64,000 nt of DNA from Dehalococcoidia bacterium. GTDB lineage: Bacteria > Chloroflexota > Dehalococcoidia > Lucifugimonadales > JADFKI01. The notes below the pieces were generated by a model. The model did not search any database. It saw only the letters and a program-made list of their open reading frames with translations, and was not told the origin of the DNA. The stretch lies in the NCBI GenBank assembly GCA_965225795.1, contig OZ245324.1, forward strand, positions 568,944 through 632,943. Reading direction: 5' to 3'. A program made the position numbers and the translations under genes. Position 1 is the stretch's first letter. Every line of letters begins with the position of its first letter. Positions 40,638-50,951 of the stretch are shown in pieces.

Positions 40638-40835
40638 GTGAAATCTCATCAAGCGATGCAGGGCAGAAACATATACCTTAAGCAGTGCCCTCGGTGCGCC
40701 GGTGATCTCAGCACCGGCAGCGACCATTATGGCAGGTACATCCATTGCCTGCAGTGCGGCTATATGGCAGATATCGAGTACTCAAACCAGAGAGAGGTAA
40801 TCTCAGTGTTTGTGGGGAAAGGCAAAGTAGCATAA
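40638..40835 (+). CDS. Small zinc-ribbon protein (CPRC...CLQC), function unknown.
   Basis: 65 aa, GTG start preceded by a strong AGGAGG RBS, with two CxxC pairs. Confidence 0.5.
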   Translation: MKSHQAMQGRNIYLKQCPRCAGDLSTGSDHYGRYIHCLQCGYMADIEYSNQREVISVFVGKGKVA

Positions 40836-40929
40836 TCCTGCTAGACAGGAACGCCTAACGGGCGGAGCCTGCGCTCTGCCCGTATTGGTTTAGTGGGCTC
40901 GCAGACTCTGAGCCTGAAACCAAGCAGTT

Positions 40930-42171
40930 TCATTGGCCCTTGTGAGACTTGAACACACTACTTGCCGCTCCGACACCTGCCCCTGTCGCTACTTCAAACC
41001 CTGCTTCTGGCAAAACGCTTTCCAAAGCGGATAGAAGAGCCAGCACATATTCGGCCTTGCTGGATTCGCCCATCAGCCCTATGCGCCACACATTGCCTGC
41101 AAGTTCGCCCAGCCCACCGCCGATCTCGATGCCGTAGCCCCGTAGCAAGCGTTGTCTCACCTGCATATCGTCAATGCCATCCGGTATTTTCACGACAGTT
41201 ATCTGTGCGAGGCGATACTCAGAGGGCACCACGCATTCAAGGCCGAGTCCTTCTAGTCCGGCGCACAGAGCTTGGGCGTTGAATGTGTGGCGGGTAAAAC
41301 GCTCGGTCAGCCCTTCCGTCAACACCTGACGTAAACCCTGTCGGAGCGCAAGAATCATGCTTACCGGAGCGGTATGGTGATATACGCGCTGGCCTTCCCA
41401 GCCCCAGTAGTTGCCGAGCAAGGCCAAGTCAAGATACCAAGACATAGGCGCTTGCTTGCGTTGTCGCATCGTCTCAAGCGCACGGTCGCTTACGGCAACT
41501 GGCGAAAGTCCCGGCGGACAGCCGAGGCACTTCTGGGTTGCCGAATATGCGTAGTCCGCGTTCCACTCATCAAAGGCTACCTCGTTTCCGCCAAGCGAGG
41601 TTACTGTATCTACCATGAATAAGGCGTCATTCTCTTTGGCAATTCGGGCCAACCCAGCAATCGGTTGGCGCACTCCGGTGGATGTCTCCGCGTGTATTGC
41701 GGTCACCATCTTTACGTTGCTTTGCCTGGCGAGTTCCGCCTCAAGCATCTCTTCGGGGAAGGGACGTCCCCACTCTGCTCGGAGCGGCACTACATTAGCT
41801 CCGACACGGTTCGCCATTTCCACCATACGTTCGCAGAAGAAGCCATATATGCACATCACAACAGTGTCGCCCGGCTCCAGAAGACTGCTTAAGCCTGCTT
41901 CCATGCCAGCCGAACCTGTGCCCGATATAGCCAGAGTATTCGCCGTATCAGTCTGATACACACGTTTCAGGAGTTCCCTGACCTCGTCCATAATCAGCAT
42001 GAAGTCCGGGTCCATGTAGCCTATCATCGGCTGCATCATTGCCTGTAACACACTGGGGCTTACGTTGCTCGGACCCGGACCCAACAATATTCGAGAGGGG
42101 ACTGCCGGCATTGCGGATTCGGGTAATGTGGTTGGCGTCATTCTTTCACCTTGGACACTGGCGCTTGACAT
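40930..42171 (-). CDS. Class V PLP-dependent aminotransferase (serine-pyruvate/alanine-glyoxylate type).
   Basis: 413 aa. LLGPGPSNV N-terminal motif, and SATQKCLG containing the PLP lysine. Confidence 0.85.
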   Translation of the reverse strand: MSSASVQGERMTPTTLPESAMPAVPSRILLGPGPSNVSPSVLQAMMQPMIGYMDPDFMLIMDEVRELLKRVYQTDTANTLAISGTGSAGMEAGLSSLLEPGDTVVMCIYGFFCERMVEMANRVGANVVPLRAEWGRPFPEEMLEAELARQSNVKMVTAIHAETSTGVRQPIAGLARIAKENDALFMVDTVTSLGGNEVAFDEWNADYAYSATQKCLGCPPGLSPVAVSDRALETMRQRKQAPMSWYLDLALLGNYWGWEGQRVYHHTAPVSMILALRQGLRQVLTEGLTERFTRHTFNAQALCAGLEGLGLECVVPSEYRLAQITVVKIPDGIDDMQVRQRLLRGYGIEIGGGLGELAGNVWRIGLMGESSKAEYVLALLSALESVLPEAGFEVATGAGVGAASSVFKSHKGQ

Positions 42172-42309
42172 CTGGAAATGCCCCGACCGTTGCTTGGTTG
42201 TCTATGCGCTAGGATACCATAAGGAATCGCTGATAGCGCTGGAACTCGGCTGTGGTTTAGGAGTGATACGGGCGATGTAGGGGGCTCATAAGTCAATTGT
42301 GGTGTTTCT

Positions 42310-43785
42310 TCAGTTGTGGATGTGTCGGTCATAGCGATCTTCAAATCGCACGATATCGTCCTCTTTGAGGTAGCTCCCGGTCTGAACTTCGACCACCTCA
42401 AGCGGCACGGTGCCTGGATTTTCTAGTCTGTGGCTGACTCCTACGGGAACGTATGCTGACTGGTTCTCTGTCAACAAGAACACTTCGTCTCCCCGCGTAA
42501 CTTTTGCTGTTCCTCTCACCACGACCCAATGTTCTGCCCGGTGGTGGTGCATCTGCAAGGAGAGTGCCTCCCCGGGCGTAATAGTAAGTCGCTTCACCTG
42601 GAACCGCTGTCCTACATCTATGGTTTCGAATGAACCCCAGGGGCGATTGATCTTCAGATGGTTCTCGTGCTCCGGGCGTCCATGGCTCTTGAGCTGCTCT
42701 ACAAGTTCCTTGACGTCCTGAACTCGGTCCCTGTGCGCGGCGAGCACAGCGTCTGCCGTCTCGATAAGAATTATGTCCTCTAATCCGACGGCGGCTACGA
42801 GGCGGCGCTGACTGATGATGAGCGAGTTAGACATAGAGTGCGCATAAACATCTCCCTGGATGACATTGCCACCCGCATCTTGTTCAAGCTCCTCCCAGAG
42901 GGAAGACCAAGCTCCCAGGTCCGTCCATCCAATCTCCATTGGCAGCACTATGGACTCTGCGCCATTGTCATGTGGTGATCCTTCACTCATGTGCTCCATC
43001 ACAGCATAGTCGATTGATTCGCTTGGACAGGCTGCGAATTCGGTAGCGCCTGGCCTGTAGAAGTCGCCGTCCCGACTTAGGGCTGCATGCGCATCAGAGC
43101 AGGCGTCGACGATATCGGGCCGCAATCGGCGCAGTTCCCCCATCCATACCGATGCGCGCATCATGAACATGCCGCTGTTCCACAAGTATGCTTCAGATTT
43201 AATCATCTTCTTCGCCGCGTCGAGATCCGGTTTCTCGACGAATTCTGCTACCTGGAAGAAATTGGATCCTCCATCGCTCGGGATGCGATTGCCCATTCTG
43301 ATGTATCCATAGCCGGTCTTGGGAGAGTCCGGAAGGATGCCAAATGTAATGATGGTGTTGCCTTGCGCGAGTTCAATACCTTGCCGCACCAGCTTCTGGA
43401 ATGTTTTGATGTCACGCACGACATGGTCTGAAGGAAGTACGAGCATCACCGGGTCGCCGTCCGAGAATGCGGACTCATTGTCAAGCAGCATCATCGCGGC
43501 TAGGGTCAACGCTGGAGCCGTGTTGCGCCCCACCGGCTCTAAAGTAATAGCTAGAGCATTTTTTTCAAGTTGCCTCATGTGCTCGGCAACCAGAAAGCGG
43601 TGTTCTTCGTTGCAAAGAATAAGCGGAGCCGCGACCTCTGCCAACCCGTCCAAGCGTAGAACGGTATCCTGAAACAGAGAATGCTCACCCATTAACGGTA
43701 GGAATTGCTTAGGGTGAGCCTCTCGGGATAGAGGCCACATGCGGGTGCCGGACCCACCGGCTAGTATGACAGGATGCAGGGTCAT
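42310..43785 (-). CDS. manC: Mannose-1-phosphate guanylyltransferase / mannose-6-phosphate isomerase (type II PMI).
   Basis: ILAGGSGTRMWPLSR N-terminus and a C-terminal cupin with RPWG.F...G..F.VKR and HHHRAEHW. Confidence 0.9.
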   Translation of the reverse strand: MTLHPVILAGGSGTRMWPLSREAHPKQFLPLMGEHSLFQDTVLRLDGLAEVAAPLILCNEEHRFLVAEHMRQLEKNALAITLEPVGRNTAPALTLAAMMLLDNESAFSDGDPVMLVLPSDHVVRDIKTFQKLVRQGIELAQGNTIITFGILPDSPKTGYGYIRMGNRIPSDGGSNFFQVAEFVEKPDLDAAKKMIKSEAYLWNSGMFMMRASVWMGELRRLRPDIVDACSDAHAALSRDGDFYRPGATEFAACPSESIDYAVMEHMSEGSPHDNGAESIVLPMEIGWTDLGAWSSLWEELEQDAGGNVIQGDVYAHSMSNSLIISQRRLVAAVGLEDIILIETADAVLAAHRDRVQDVKELVEQLKSHGRPEHENHLKINRPWGSFETIDVGQRFQVKRLTITPGEALSLQMHHHRAEHWVVVRGTAKVTRGDEVFLLTENQSAYVPVGVSHRLENPGTVPLEVVEVQTGSYLKEDDIVRFEDRYDRHIHN

Positions 43786-43967
43786 TTCCAGCCTCCTGAT
43801 AGTAATGCTAAGTTAGAAGATGATTCCCGCTATTATATGAGCGGAAAATTAAACGGGTCAATGAAGCCTTGGACATCGCATTTGTTTTTAGGGCTTTGCT
43901 GCAAAGCAATTGGCATATTTGCTCTTGACATATTGCTCAGTCTGCCTTACCTTACACGAAATATCAT

Positions 43968-43982
43968 TTAGAATCATTCTAA
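43968..43982. promoter_or_regulatory. Perfect 7-1-7 Fur-family box TTAGAAT-C-ATTCTAA.
   Basis: A 15-bp perfect palindrome with the architecture of Fur/PerR boxes (TGATAAT-N-ATTATCA / TTATAAT-N-ATTATAA). It lies 22-25 nt upstream of the Fur-like ORF. Confidence 0.6.
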
Positions 43983-44004
43983 TTATTAGGTTTTCGTAGG
44001 TTGG

Positions 44005-44523
44005 TTGATGCTTCAACAGGCTTTTCGAGAGTCCTCAGAAGGCATGATGCAGGTAGTAAACCTTGACAAGCGCCTGGCGGAGATGAAAGTTGCACTCCGG
44101 GAAAAGGGTGTTGCCATTACTCGCAAGCGCGCCAAGTTACTTGAGGTACTGCTAGCAAGCGATCGCCACCCCTCGGCAAGCGAAATTCACCAGGGAGTCC
44201 AGGCCACCTATCCTGGGACTAGCCTCGCCACCATTTACAATACCATTGAAATTCTTAAAGATACTGGTCAGGTACTAGAGATTGAGTTCAGTGGCTCGGC
44301 AAACAGGTATGACGGCAGACTGACTACGCCCCATCCACATCTTGTATGTTTACAATGCGAGAAGGTGGAAGACGTGGAGATCGCGGCGCCGCTCGATCCG
44401 CTTGATCGGGTGTCAGATCTGACAGGATACGAGATCGTGCGCCTGCGTACGGACTACTACGGAACGTGCCCGGACTGCCTTAACTCATCCCCTTCGACCG
44501 TGGGGGGAAAGGGGGGCTTATAG
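44005..44523 (+). CDS. Fur-family metalloregulator (Fur/PerR/Zur-like).
   Basis: Winged-helix region RKRAKLLEVLL..HPSASEI, HPH motif, and CLQC...CPDC structural Zn site. The exact start is uncertain because there are several in-frame ATGs. Confidence 0.85.
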   Translation: MMLQQAFRESSEGMMQVVNLDKRLAEMKVALREKGVAITRKRAKLLEVLLASDRHPSASEIHQGVQATYPGTSLATIYNTIEILKDTGQVLEIEFSGSANRYDGRLTTPHPHLVCLQCEKVEDVEIAAPLDPLDRVSDLTGYEIVRLRTDYYGTCPDCLNSSPSTVGGKGGL

Positions 44524-44592
44524 TTCTTACGTCACACAATCACTCGCGAACGACACGAACGAAATGGCTTCAGCATCGAAAGGAGGAAGCGA

Positions 44593-45999
44593 ATGTCTAA
44601 CATGGAAGATATCGCTCTGCTGTCTCATCTGATGAGACGCGCCGGATTCGGCGCAACCCGAGACGAACTCGAGGTGTTGGCGGAGCAGAGTTATGAGACT
44701 ACGGTTGAGCAGCTGATTGACTATGAGAGCCAACCCCCGGTTGATGAGTATACCTTGTACAGGTATCATCCAATCACTGAGGTCCCCGGTGGTGCGGCCG
44801 CACCCGGACAGGCGAATTGGCTCTACTTCATGGTCAACACACAGAGGCCGCTTAACGAGAAGATGGCACTCTTTTGGCATCAGGTATTCGCTACAGGCAA
44901 CTCGAAAGTGGACAACTGCAATCATCTCCTTGATCAGATTCAGATGTTCCGCGAAGTCGGGATGGACAACTACCGAGACCTCCTTCTTCGCCTTGCCAGC
45001 GACCCCGCGATGATCTATTGGCTTGACAACAATGAGAATCACAAGGTAGCCCCGAATGAGAATTGGGGCCGCGAGCTTCTGGAACTCTTCACGCTCGGAG
45101 TCGGCAATTACACCGAGACGGACGTTTACGAATGCTCAAGGGCGTTCACAGGCTGGACTATTTCCGCAAAGATGCCGCGCTATCCGTATGGCAGGCACCC
45201 CTGGCAATTCGAATATCGCGCAGAAGACCACGATGAGACCGACAAGTCATTCCTTGGCAATACCGGAAACTTCAATGGCGAAGACATTATCGACATTATT
45301 CTGAAGCAGCCCGCATGCCCAAGGTTCATAGCGCGCCATCTTTACAACTTCTTCGTAGAAGACGAGCCACAGGTTCCGGCTTGGAACATTGAGGAGCCTC
45401 GCAATCCAGAGGCCGTCCGAATGCTGGCGGAGGCTCTCGTAGAAAACAACTACGACGTTAAGCCGGTGCTGCGAGCATTGTTTAACTCCGATTTTTTCAA
45501 AGATGCGATGTACAAGAAAGTCAAGAACCCCACAGAAGTCGTTGTAAGCACTCTTAAGCTTACAGGTGACTTGCAGGGACCGGACCCGCGCCTTGAAGCC
45601 GTTGCTAGAGAGCCGGGCTACATGGGGCAAGATATTCTCGATCCTCCTAGCGTAGAAGGCTGGCACACGGGCCACGAGTGGATAAATAGTGGATCTCTCG
45701 TTAAGCGTGTTAACTTCGTCGCCGACAGAATCAGTGATACGAATCTGCCCGGAGTAAAGCGCATAGTCGAGCGCATCGCTTCGTCGAACGGCCCCACAAT
45801 GAGTCCTGATGAGTTTGTGGAGAGCTGCCTGGACCAGATGGGCCCGCTGCCGGTATCTGACCAGACCCGCAATGAACTGGTCATGCAGGCAGAGAGCGAA
45901 GGCGCGGTTAACTGGGAAGACGGCTACGATGACTCTGCGAGGCGTACAGGCGAGATGCTGGCCCTCATCGGGGCAACCAGAGAGTATCAGTTCGGCTAG
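44593..45999 (+). CDS. DUF1800-family protein.
   Basis: 468 aa. LLSHLMRRAGFGAT, MALFWHQVFATG, NENWGRELLELFTLG and PPSVEGW are motifs typical of DUF1800. Confidence 0.75.
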   Translation: MSNMEDIALLSHLMRRAGFGATRDELEVLAEQSYETTVEQLIDYESQPPVDEYTLYRYHPITEVPGGAAAPGQANWLYFMVNTQRPLNEKMALFWHQVFATGNSKVDNCNHLLDQIQMFREVGMDNYRDLLLRLASDPAMIYWLDNNENHKVAPNENWGRELLELFTLGVGNYTETDVYECSRAFTGWTISAKMPRYPYGRHPWQFEYRAEDHDETDKSFLGNTGNFNGEDIIDIILKQPACPRFIARHLYNFFVEDEPQVPAWNIEEPRNPEAVRMLAEALVENNYDVKPVLRALFNSDFFKDAMYKKVKNPTEVVVSTLKLTGDLQGPDPRLEAVAREPGYMGQDILDPPSVEGWHTGHEWINSGSLVKRVNFVADRISDTNLPGVKRIVERIASSNGPTMSPDEFVESCLDQMGPLPVSDQTRNELVMQAESEGAVNWEDGYDDSARRTGEMLALIGATREYQFG

Positions 46000-46046
46000 G
46001 CCAAAGAATTTTAACGAGCATATTGCAAAATTCCTGGGAGGAAATA

Positions 46047-47195
46047 ATGGCAAACTCAAACAAGCCGCCAGTTCTGGTTGTGTTGCAGCTCACGGGTGGC
46101 AATGACTACTTCAACACGGTAATTCCGTACACGGATGGCAACTACTATGACAGCCGGCGCTCGCTTGGAATCTCCGAGAACCGCGTGCTGAAGCTTAACG
46201 ACCAGTTGGGTCTGCACCCTGCAATGGCGCCGATGAAGGATATCTTCGACAGTGGCGACATGGCCGTGATCCATGGCATAGGCTACGCGAACTCACCGCG
46301 CTCACACTTCCGCTCTATGGACATCTGGCATACGTGCGAGCCGGATAAGGTGGGTACAGAGGGTTGGCTTGGGCGTGCTATGAAGCAGATCGATCCTGGA
46401 TCGGAAAACCCCGTAACCGGTGTCAATGTCGGCCAGGCACTCCCGCGCGCCTTGGTTGCGCCGGGCGTATCCGTCGCATCCGTCGCAGATGTTTCAAACT
46501 ACGGACTGCTAACGAACATTGAGCAGAAGCAGCAGCGCCTACAGGTGCTTGAGCGCTTCGCTAATATGTATGGACCTGCCGTAGGAACGGGACAGGTGAT
46601 GGAATACCTTGGGCAGACCGGCTTAGACGCACTGAAAGGCGCAGACATTCTTAAGATTGCGCCGGAGCAATACGAATCCAGCGTGGAGTATGGCTCAAGT
46701 CCTATAGCTCACAAGCTCCGGGACATCGCCATGATGCATACCGCGGATGTGGGGACCCGTGTCTTCTACACGGATCACGGCAGCTTTGACACACACGCGG
46801 CGCAGGCAACGATGCATGCGCAGTTGTGGACAGATGTGTCCGAGGCAATCGCTGACTTCTGGGATGACTTGCGTGAACATGATGCCGATGACAACGTCAC
46901 CATGTTCCTGTTCTCTGAGTTTGGTCGCAGAGTGCGAGACAACGGTTCAGGTACAGACCATGGCGCGGCGGGGGTTGCCTTCGCTATTGGTCCTAATGTC
47001 AATGGTGGATTCTACAGTGAGTATCCGGAAACGCGGGCAGGGGCGCTTCAGCAGGGCGACCTCGTTCCTAACCAGGACTTCCGTGGGGTCTATTCCACCA
47101 TTCTCGAAGACTGGATGAAGTTGGACGCTCCGAGTGTCGTCAATGGCACCTTTGAGCGACCTGCGTTCATTCACACCAACGGCAACGGTCACTAA
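46047..47195 (+). CDS. DUF1501-family protein (sulfatase/alkaline-phosphatase-like superfamily), no Tat/Sec signal.
   Basis: VVLQLTGGNDYFNT, SHFRSMDIW, FDTHA and SEFGRRVRDNGSGTDHG motifs. ATG 46047 follows a GGGAGGA RBS. Confidence 0.75.
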   Translation: MANSNKPPVLVVLQLTGGNDYFNTVIPYTDGNYYDSRRSLGISENRVLKLNDQLGLHPAMAPMKDIFDSGDMAVIHGIGYANSPRSHFRSMDIWHTCEPDKVGTEGWLGRAMKQIDPGSENPVTGVNVGQALPRALVAPGVSVASVADVSNYGLLTNIEQKQQRLQVLERFANMYGPAVGTGQVMEYLGQTGLDALKGADILKIAPEQYESSVEYGSSPIAHKLRDIAMMHTADVGTRVFYTDHGSFDTHAAQATMHAQLWTDVSEAIADFWDDLREHDADDNVTMFLFSEFGRRVRDNGSGTDHGAAGVAFAIGPNVNGGFYSEYPETRAGALQQGDLVPNQDFRGVYSTILEDWMKLDAPSVVNGTFERPAFIHTNGNGH

Positions 47196-47304
47196 ACCGT
47201 AGCTCTAATGCTGATTCGCGACAATTCGCTTCCCCACAGTTCGTAACAAATTCGGACTGTGGGAGGCGGTCAATGCGGACCAGAGCAAATCGGAAGGTGA
47301 AAAA

Positions 47305-48300
47305 ATGCTAACTACAACTGTATCAGGCCGTACGTGGAACTTCAGCCACGCCATAGGGCGCAACGCGGCAGCCGGAAACGGCTTTACACAGCCAATGGAT
47401 GTGGCGGTCGCGCCAGGCGGCGTAATCTATGTACTCAGCAGAGGACAGGAGGGCGCGGGTGGTGTACAGGCACCCAATAAGAGAATTGGGAAGGTAACCA
47501 TCAACGAGGAATTCGTCGGGGATTTCGCGCGCGAAGAACTCGTATGGCCCATGGGAATCTCTGTTGACAGCAATGGCAATATCTATTGCGCTGACGAATT
47601 TGAAAAGCAGATCAAGATTTACGACGCTGACGGGCAACGCGTAGGTGAGTGGGACGGTGAAGGCAGGCTCGGCGGTCCGTCCGGAGTTGCCTGCGATGCT
47701 GACGACAATGTCTATGTGACGGACGCTGCAAGTAGCGAAGTTTTGAAGTTCACGAGCGACGGTAAATTCTTGGCTGCATTCGGAGGCGCGGGTAGTGGGC
47801 CAGGCCAGCTAAATAGGCCGTGGGGTTTGACCGTCGGAGCCGATGGAAGCGTTTATGTCGCGGACTGGGGCAACAACCGTGCCCAGAAGTTCTCTGCCGA
47901 TGGTGAACATCTCGTGATCTATGGCGAGGAGTCCAGTGGTGCAGGCGGCACGCTCAACCACCCGTCTGGCGTCGCGGTCGATAGCGAAGGCGATGTGTAT
48001 GTGTCTGACTGGGGCAACAAACTCGTTAAAATATACGAGAACGATGGATCAGTTTTGACTCAGCTTGAAGGCGACGCAGTCGAATTCTCGAAGTGGGCGA
48101 AAGAGGTCGTCGAATCCAACCCCGACGTGGTAAAGGCTTACCGAAGGGTCAAGGATACCAGGCCGCTTGGTCTGTTCAACCGCCCTGTTGGCATCGCTGT
48201 CGATGAGGAAGACCGCATCATCATCACGGACAGCACGCGCGGTCGCTTGCAGGTTTACGCAAAAGAGAAGAACTATATGGACCCGCAGTTCAACCTGTAG
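47305..48300 (+). CDS. NHL-repeat six-bladed beta-propeller protein.
   Basis: It has repeated P.G(I/V)AVD..G..YV.D......(I/V).(K/V)(F/Y) units. Confidence 0.8.
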   Translation: MLTTTVSGRTWNFSHAIGRNAAAGNGFTQPMDVAVAPGGVIYVLSRGQEGAGGVQAPNKRIGKVTINEEFVGDFAREELVWPMGISVDSNGNIYCADEFEKQIKIYDADGQRVGEWDGEGRLGGPSGVACDADDNVYVTDAASSEVLKFTSDGKFLAAFGGAGSGPGQLNRPWGLTVGADGSVYVADWGNNRAQKFSADGEHLVIYGEESSGAGGTLNHPSGVAVDSEGDVYVSDWGNKLVKIYENDGSVLTQLEGDAVEFSKWAKEVVESNPDVVKAYRRVKDTRPLGLFNRPVGIAVDEEDRIIITDSTRGRLQVYAKEKNYMDPQFNL

Positions 48301-48327
48301 TTCTTTACCATAGTTTCTAGCGGATTG

Positions 48328-48357
48328 GGGCGCATTGTACAATGATGCGCCCTTTTC
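48328..48357 (+). terminator. Rho-independent terminator between convergent genes.
   Basis: GGGCGCAT-N9-ATGCGCCC is followed by TTTT. Confidence 0.65.
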
Positions 48358-48376
48358 TCATGTGCGCGGCAGGTAA

Positions 48377-50827
48377 TCAAGTCAGTATTACGGGATCAAT
48401 GTCCACAGTCCATCCCCTGGGAATATCAACCTTGTCCAACAAGGTACGCGGATTTGCCCCTCGCAGAATGATGTGCCATCTGTAGCGGCCGCGCAATCGC
48501 GAGGGAAACGCTGGCACGGGCCCCAGTGTTTCCGCATCGGTGATGCCCCACTCAGTCTGCTGCACGCGCATTAGCTCTGCGAGCCTTACGGCTTCGGTCT
48601 CACATTTTGCCTGGTTAGTGTGGGTGTAAAGCAGGCGAATAAGACTGCTGTAAGGAGGGTTGTCTTGTTGCCTGCGATATGCCATTTCACGCAGGTAGAA
48701 TGCCTGGTAGTCCTGTTCCGCTGCCGATTGTATTGCGTAGTTCTCGGGTTGGAATGTCTGGATGATGACTTTACCGTCGCTGCTGCCCCGACCAGCGCGA
48801 CCCGCTACTTGATGCAGCAGTTGGAACGCGCGCTCGCCTGCCCGGTAGTCGGGTACGGTGAGACCAACATCGGCTGAGACTACGCCTACTAGAGAGACTG
48901 ACGGGAAGTGCAGCCCTTTGGCTATCATCTGGGTACCGACGAGTACCTGGGCTTCGCCGGAGCGAAAGCGCATCAGCAACTCCTCGTGTGCTTTGGGACT
49001 GGTGGCGATATCGCGGTCCCAACGCAGGACGCCGGCATCCGGATAACGCTTTGCGACCTCGGCTGCAACCAATTCGGTCCCGATGCCGTAGTAGCGGAGG
49101 CGATGTCTGAGACACTGCGGGCACATAGTGGGCGGCTTGCGACGCGCGCCGCAGTAATGGCAGATGAAGCGCTGCGAGGCTGCGTGATATGTGACACTGA
49201 CATCGCAGCTACGGCAGCGCAGGCTGTATCCACAGCTGAAGCAGCGCAGGTGGGAGGATGTGCCGCGGCGATTGATGAACAGCATTGCCTGCTCGCCTAA
49301 TTCGAGGCATTCGGACAGAGATTCACTTAGTGATCCGCTGAACATGTCGGTGTTGCCCTGCAGCAACTCCTCGCGCATGTCAACGACGCTCACCGAAGGG
49401 AGTGCGCTGGGCCGGTTTGCTTGACCATCGCCGGTATCGGCGAACCGCTTCGTGAGCCTATGCAGTCGATGGCTACCGCGCATAGCCGCGTAGTATGAGC
49501 CTACATCAGGCGAGGCACTGCCGAGGACTACTAAAGACTGCGTCAGTTCGGATAGGCGCAGGCTAACCTGCCGCGCATGGTATCGTGGCGAAGTATCGTG
49601 CTGCTTATATGTCCATTCGTGTTCTTCGTCGACGACAATCAGACCTAAGTCGGGTACGGGCGCGAATATGGCGCTTCGCGAACCGATGACGATGCTGTAG
49701 TGCCCGCGCTTAATCTTCCACCACTGGTCGAAGCGCTCGCCCTCCGAGAGGCCGCTGTGGAGAACGGCGACGTTATCGGGGAAGCGAGACGCGAAGCGCT
49801 CGATTGTCTGGTAAGTGAGGGCGATTTCGGGGACTAGTACGATTGCCTGCTTACCCACTTGGGTGCAGCAATCAACGGCGTCGAGATAGACTTCGGTCTT
49901 GCCACTGCCCGTTACGCCCTCGATGAGGAAGGTATTCCCGAGCGCAGATGGATCTTCGAATGCGCCGTGTATGGCTGTTGCCGCTTCAGATTGCTCGACG
50001 GTGAGGCGAAGTGGCTCGCTGTACGGGAACGCCCTGCCGTCGAGGGGATCCCGGTCGATAGCTACGGCTTTGGTGGAAAGCCAACCTTTGTCCATGATGG
50101 TCTTGACTATGCTCCCGCCGAACTCACGGCGAGCTTCCGTAATGTCGAGCGGCTCGCCCACTTCGCGCAGATGCTCGACAAATGCCGCCTGTTTTCGGGC
50201 TTTGGTTTTGGCGAGCCATTCGTTGATGTCCGATGCGGTGTCGGGTGAGAGGCTGATGTGCGTGCGATACCTATGCTTGACGGTAGGGTCGGGCAGGGAG
50301 TAGTCGCGGATCAGGATGTTGCGCCGAACGAGGCTTGCCGCCGATGATGCGGCGCTTTCCCCGAACGCCTTTATGAGGCTGTCCTGCGTCGCCAGTCCGC
50401 GCTTGGCAATGTATTCGACGATACGCTGCTGCAGGGGTGTGAGTGTCTCACTGTCTGTGTGCTGGTCGGCAAGCGTGAGGTGCGTGCGTGCGCGGACTCG
50501 GCCACCGGGCGGCAACATAGGTGCGGATGCCTCGAAGAGGGAGCAGATGTAGTATTCGCTAATCCACGCTGCGAGTTGGAGGTGCACATCGTCCAACAGC
50601 GGCTCTTCAAAGACTAAATCGGCAATTGGCTTCGTCTCCGGCACTTGGGGATGAGCCGCGAGTGAAAATACAATGCCTTGCAGGGTTCGAGCGCCGAATG
50701 GGACGCGCACCAAGCATCCGGGGGATACTTTCATCCCATAAGGTATGCTGTAGCTGAAGGTTCGCGCGGGTTCGGTCGGAATATCCACGGCGACTTCGGC
50801 GAATGCTATGCAGCCAGAATTGAGCAT
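48377..50827 (-). CDS. priA: Primosomal protein N' (replication restart helicase PriA).
   Basis: 816 aa. Walker A GVTGSGKT, DEEH box (VVDEEHE) and a Cys-rich zinc-binding insert (CFSCGY..CRSC..CHYCG..CPQC). Confidence 0.95.
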   Translation of the reverse strand: MLNSGCIAFAEVAVDIPTEPARTFSYSIPYGMKVSPGCLVRVPFGARTLQGIVFSLAAHPQVPETKPIADLVFEEPLLDDVHLQLAAWISEYYICSLFEASAPMLPPGGRVRARTHLTLADQHTDSETLTPLQQRIVEYIAKRGLATQDSLIKAFGESAASSAASLVRRNILIRDYSLPDPTVKHRYRTHISLSPDTASDINEWLAKTKARKQAAFVEHLREVGEPLDITEARREFGGSIVKTIMDKGWLSTKAVAIDRDPLDGRAFPYSEPLRLTVEQSEAATAIHGAFEDPSALGNTFLIEGVTGSGKTEVYLDAVDCCTQVGKQAIVLVPEIALTYQTIERFASRFPDNVAVLHSGLSEGERFDQWWKIKRGHYSIVIGSRSAIFAPVPDLGLIVVDEEHEWTYKQHDTSPRYHARQVSLRLSELTQSLVVLGSASPDVGSYYAAMRGSHRLHRLTKRFADTGDGQANRPSALPSVSVVDMREELLQGNTDMFSGSLSESLSECLELGEQAMLFINRRGTSSHLRCFSCGYSLRCRSCDVSVTYHAASQRFICHYCGARRKPPTMCPQCLRHRLRYYGIGTELVAAEVAKRYPDAGVLRWDRDIATSPKAHEELLMRFRSGEAQVLVGTQMIAKGLHFPSVSLVGVVSADVGLTVPDYRAGERAFQLLHQVAGRAGRGSSDGKVIIQTFQPENYAIQSAAEQDYQAFYLREMAYRRQQDNPPYSSLIRLLYTHTNQAKCETEAVRLAELMRVQQTEWGITDAETLGPVPAFPSRLRGRYRWHIILRGANPRTLLDKVDIPRGWTVDIDPVILT

Positions 50828-50951
50828 GTTGTCCTCTACATAATCGCTCTGACTAACATTTTAGCACACCTGTGTTCCATATGCAGCAAATGGGGCAGGC
50901 TTGCAAAAGCCTGCCCCGCATGAATGCCGTGACATGTGCCGAAGGGCGTTC

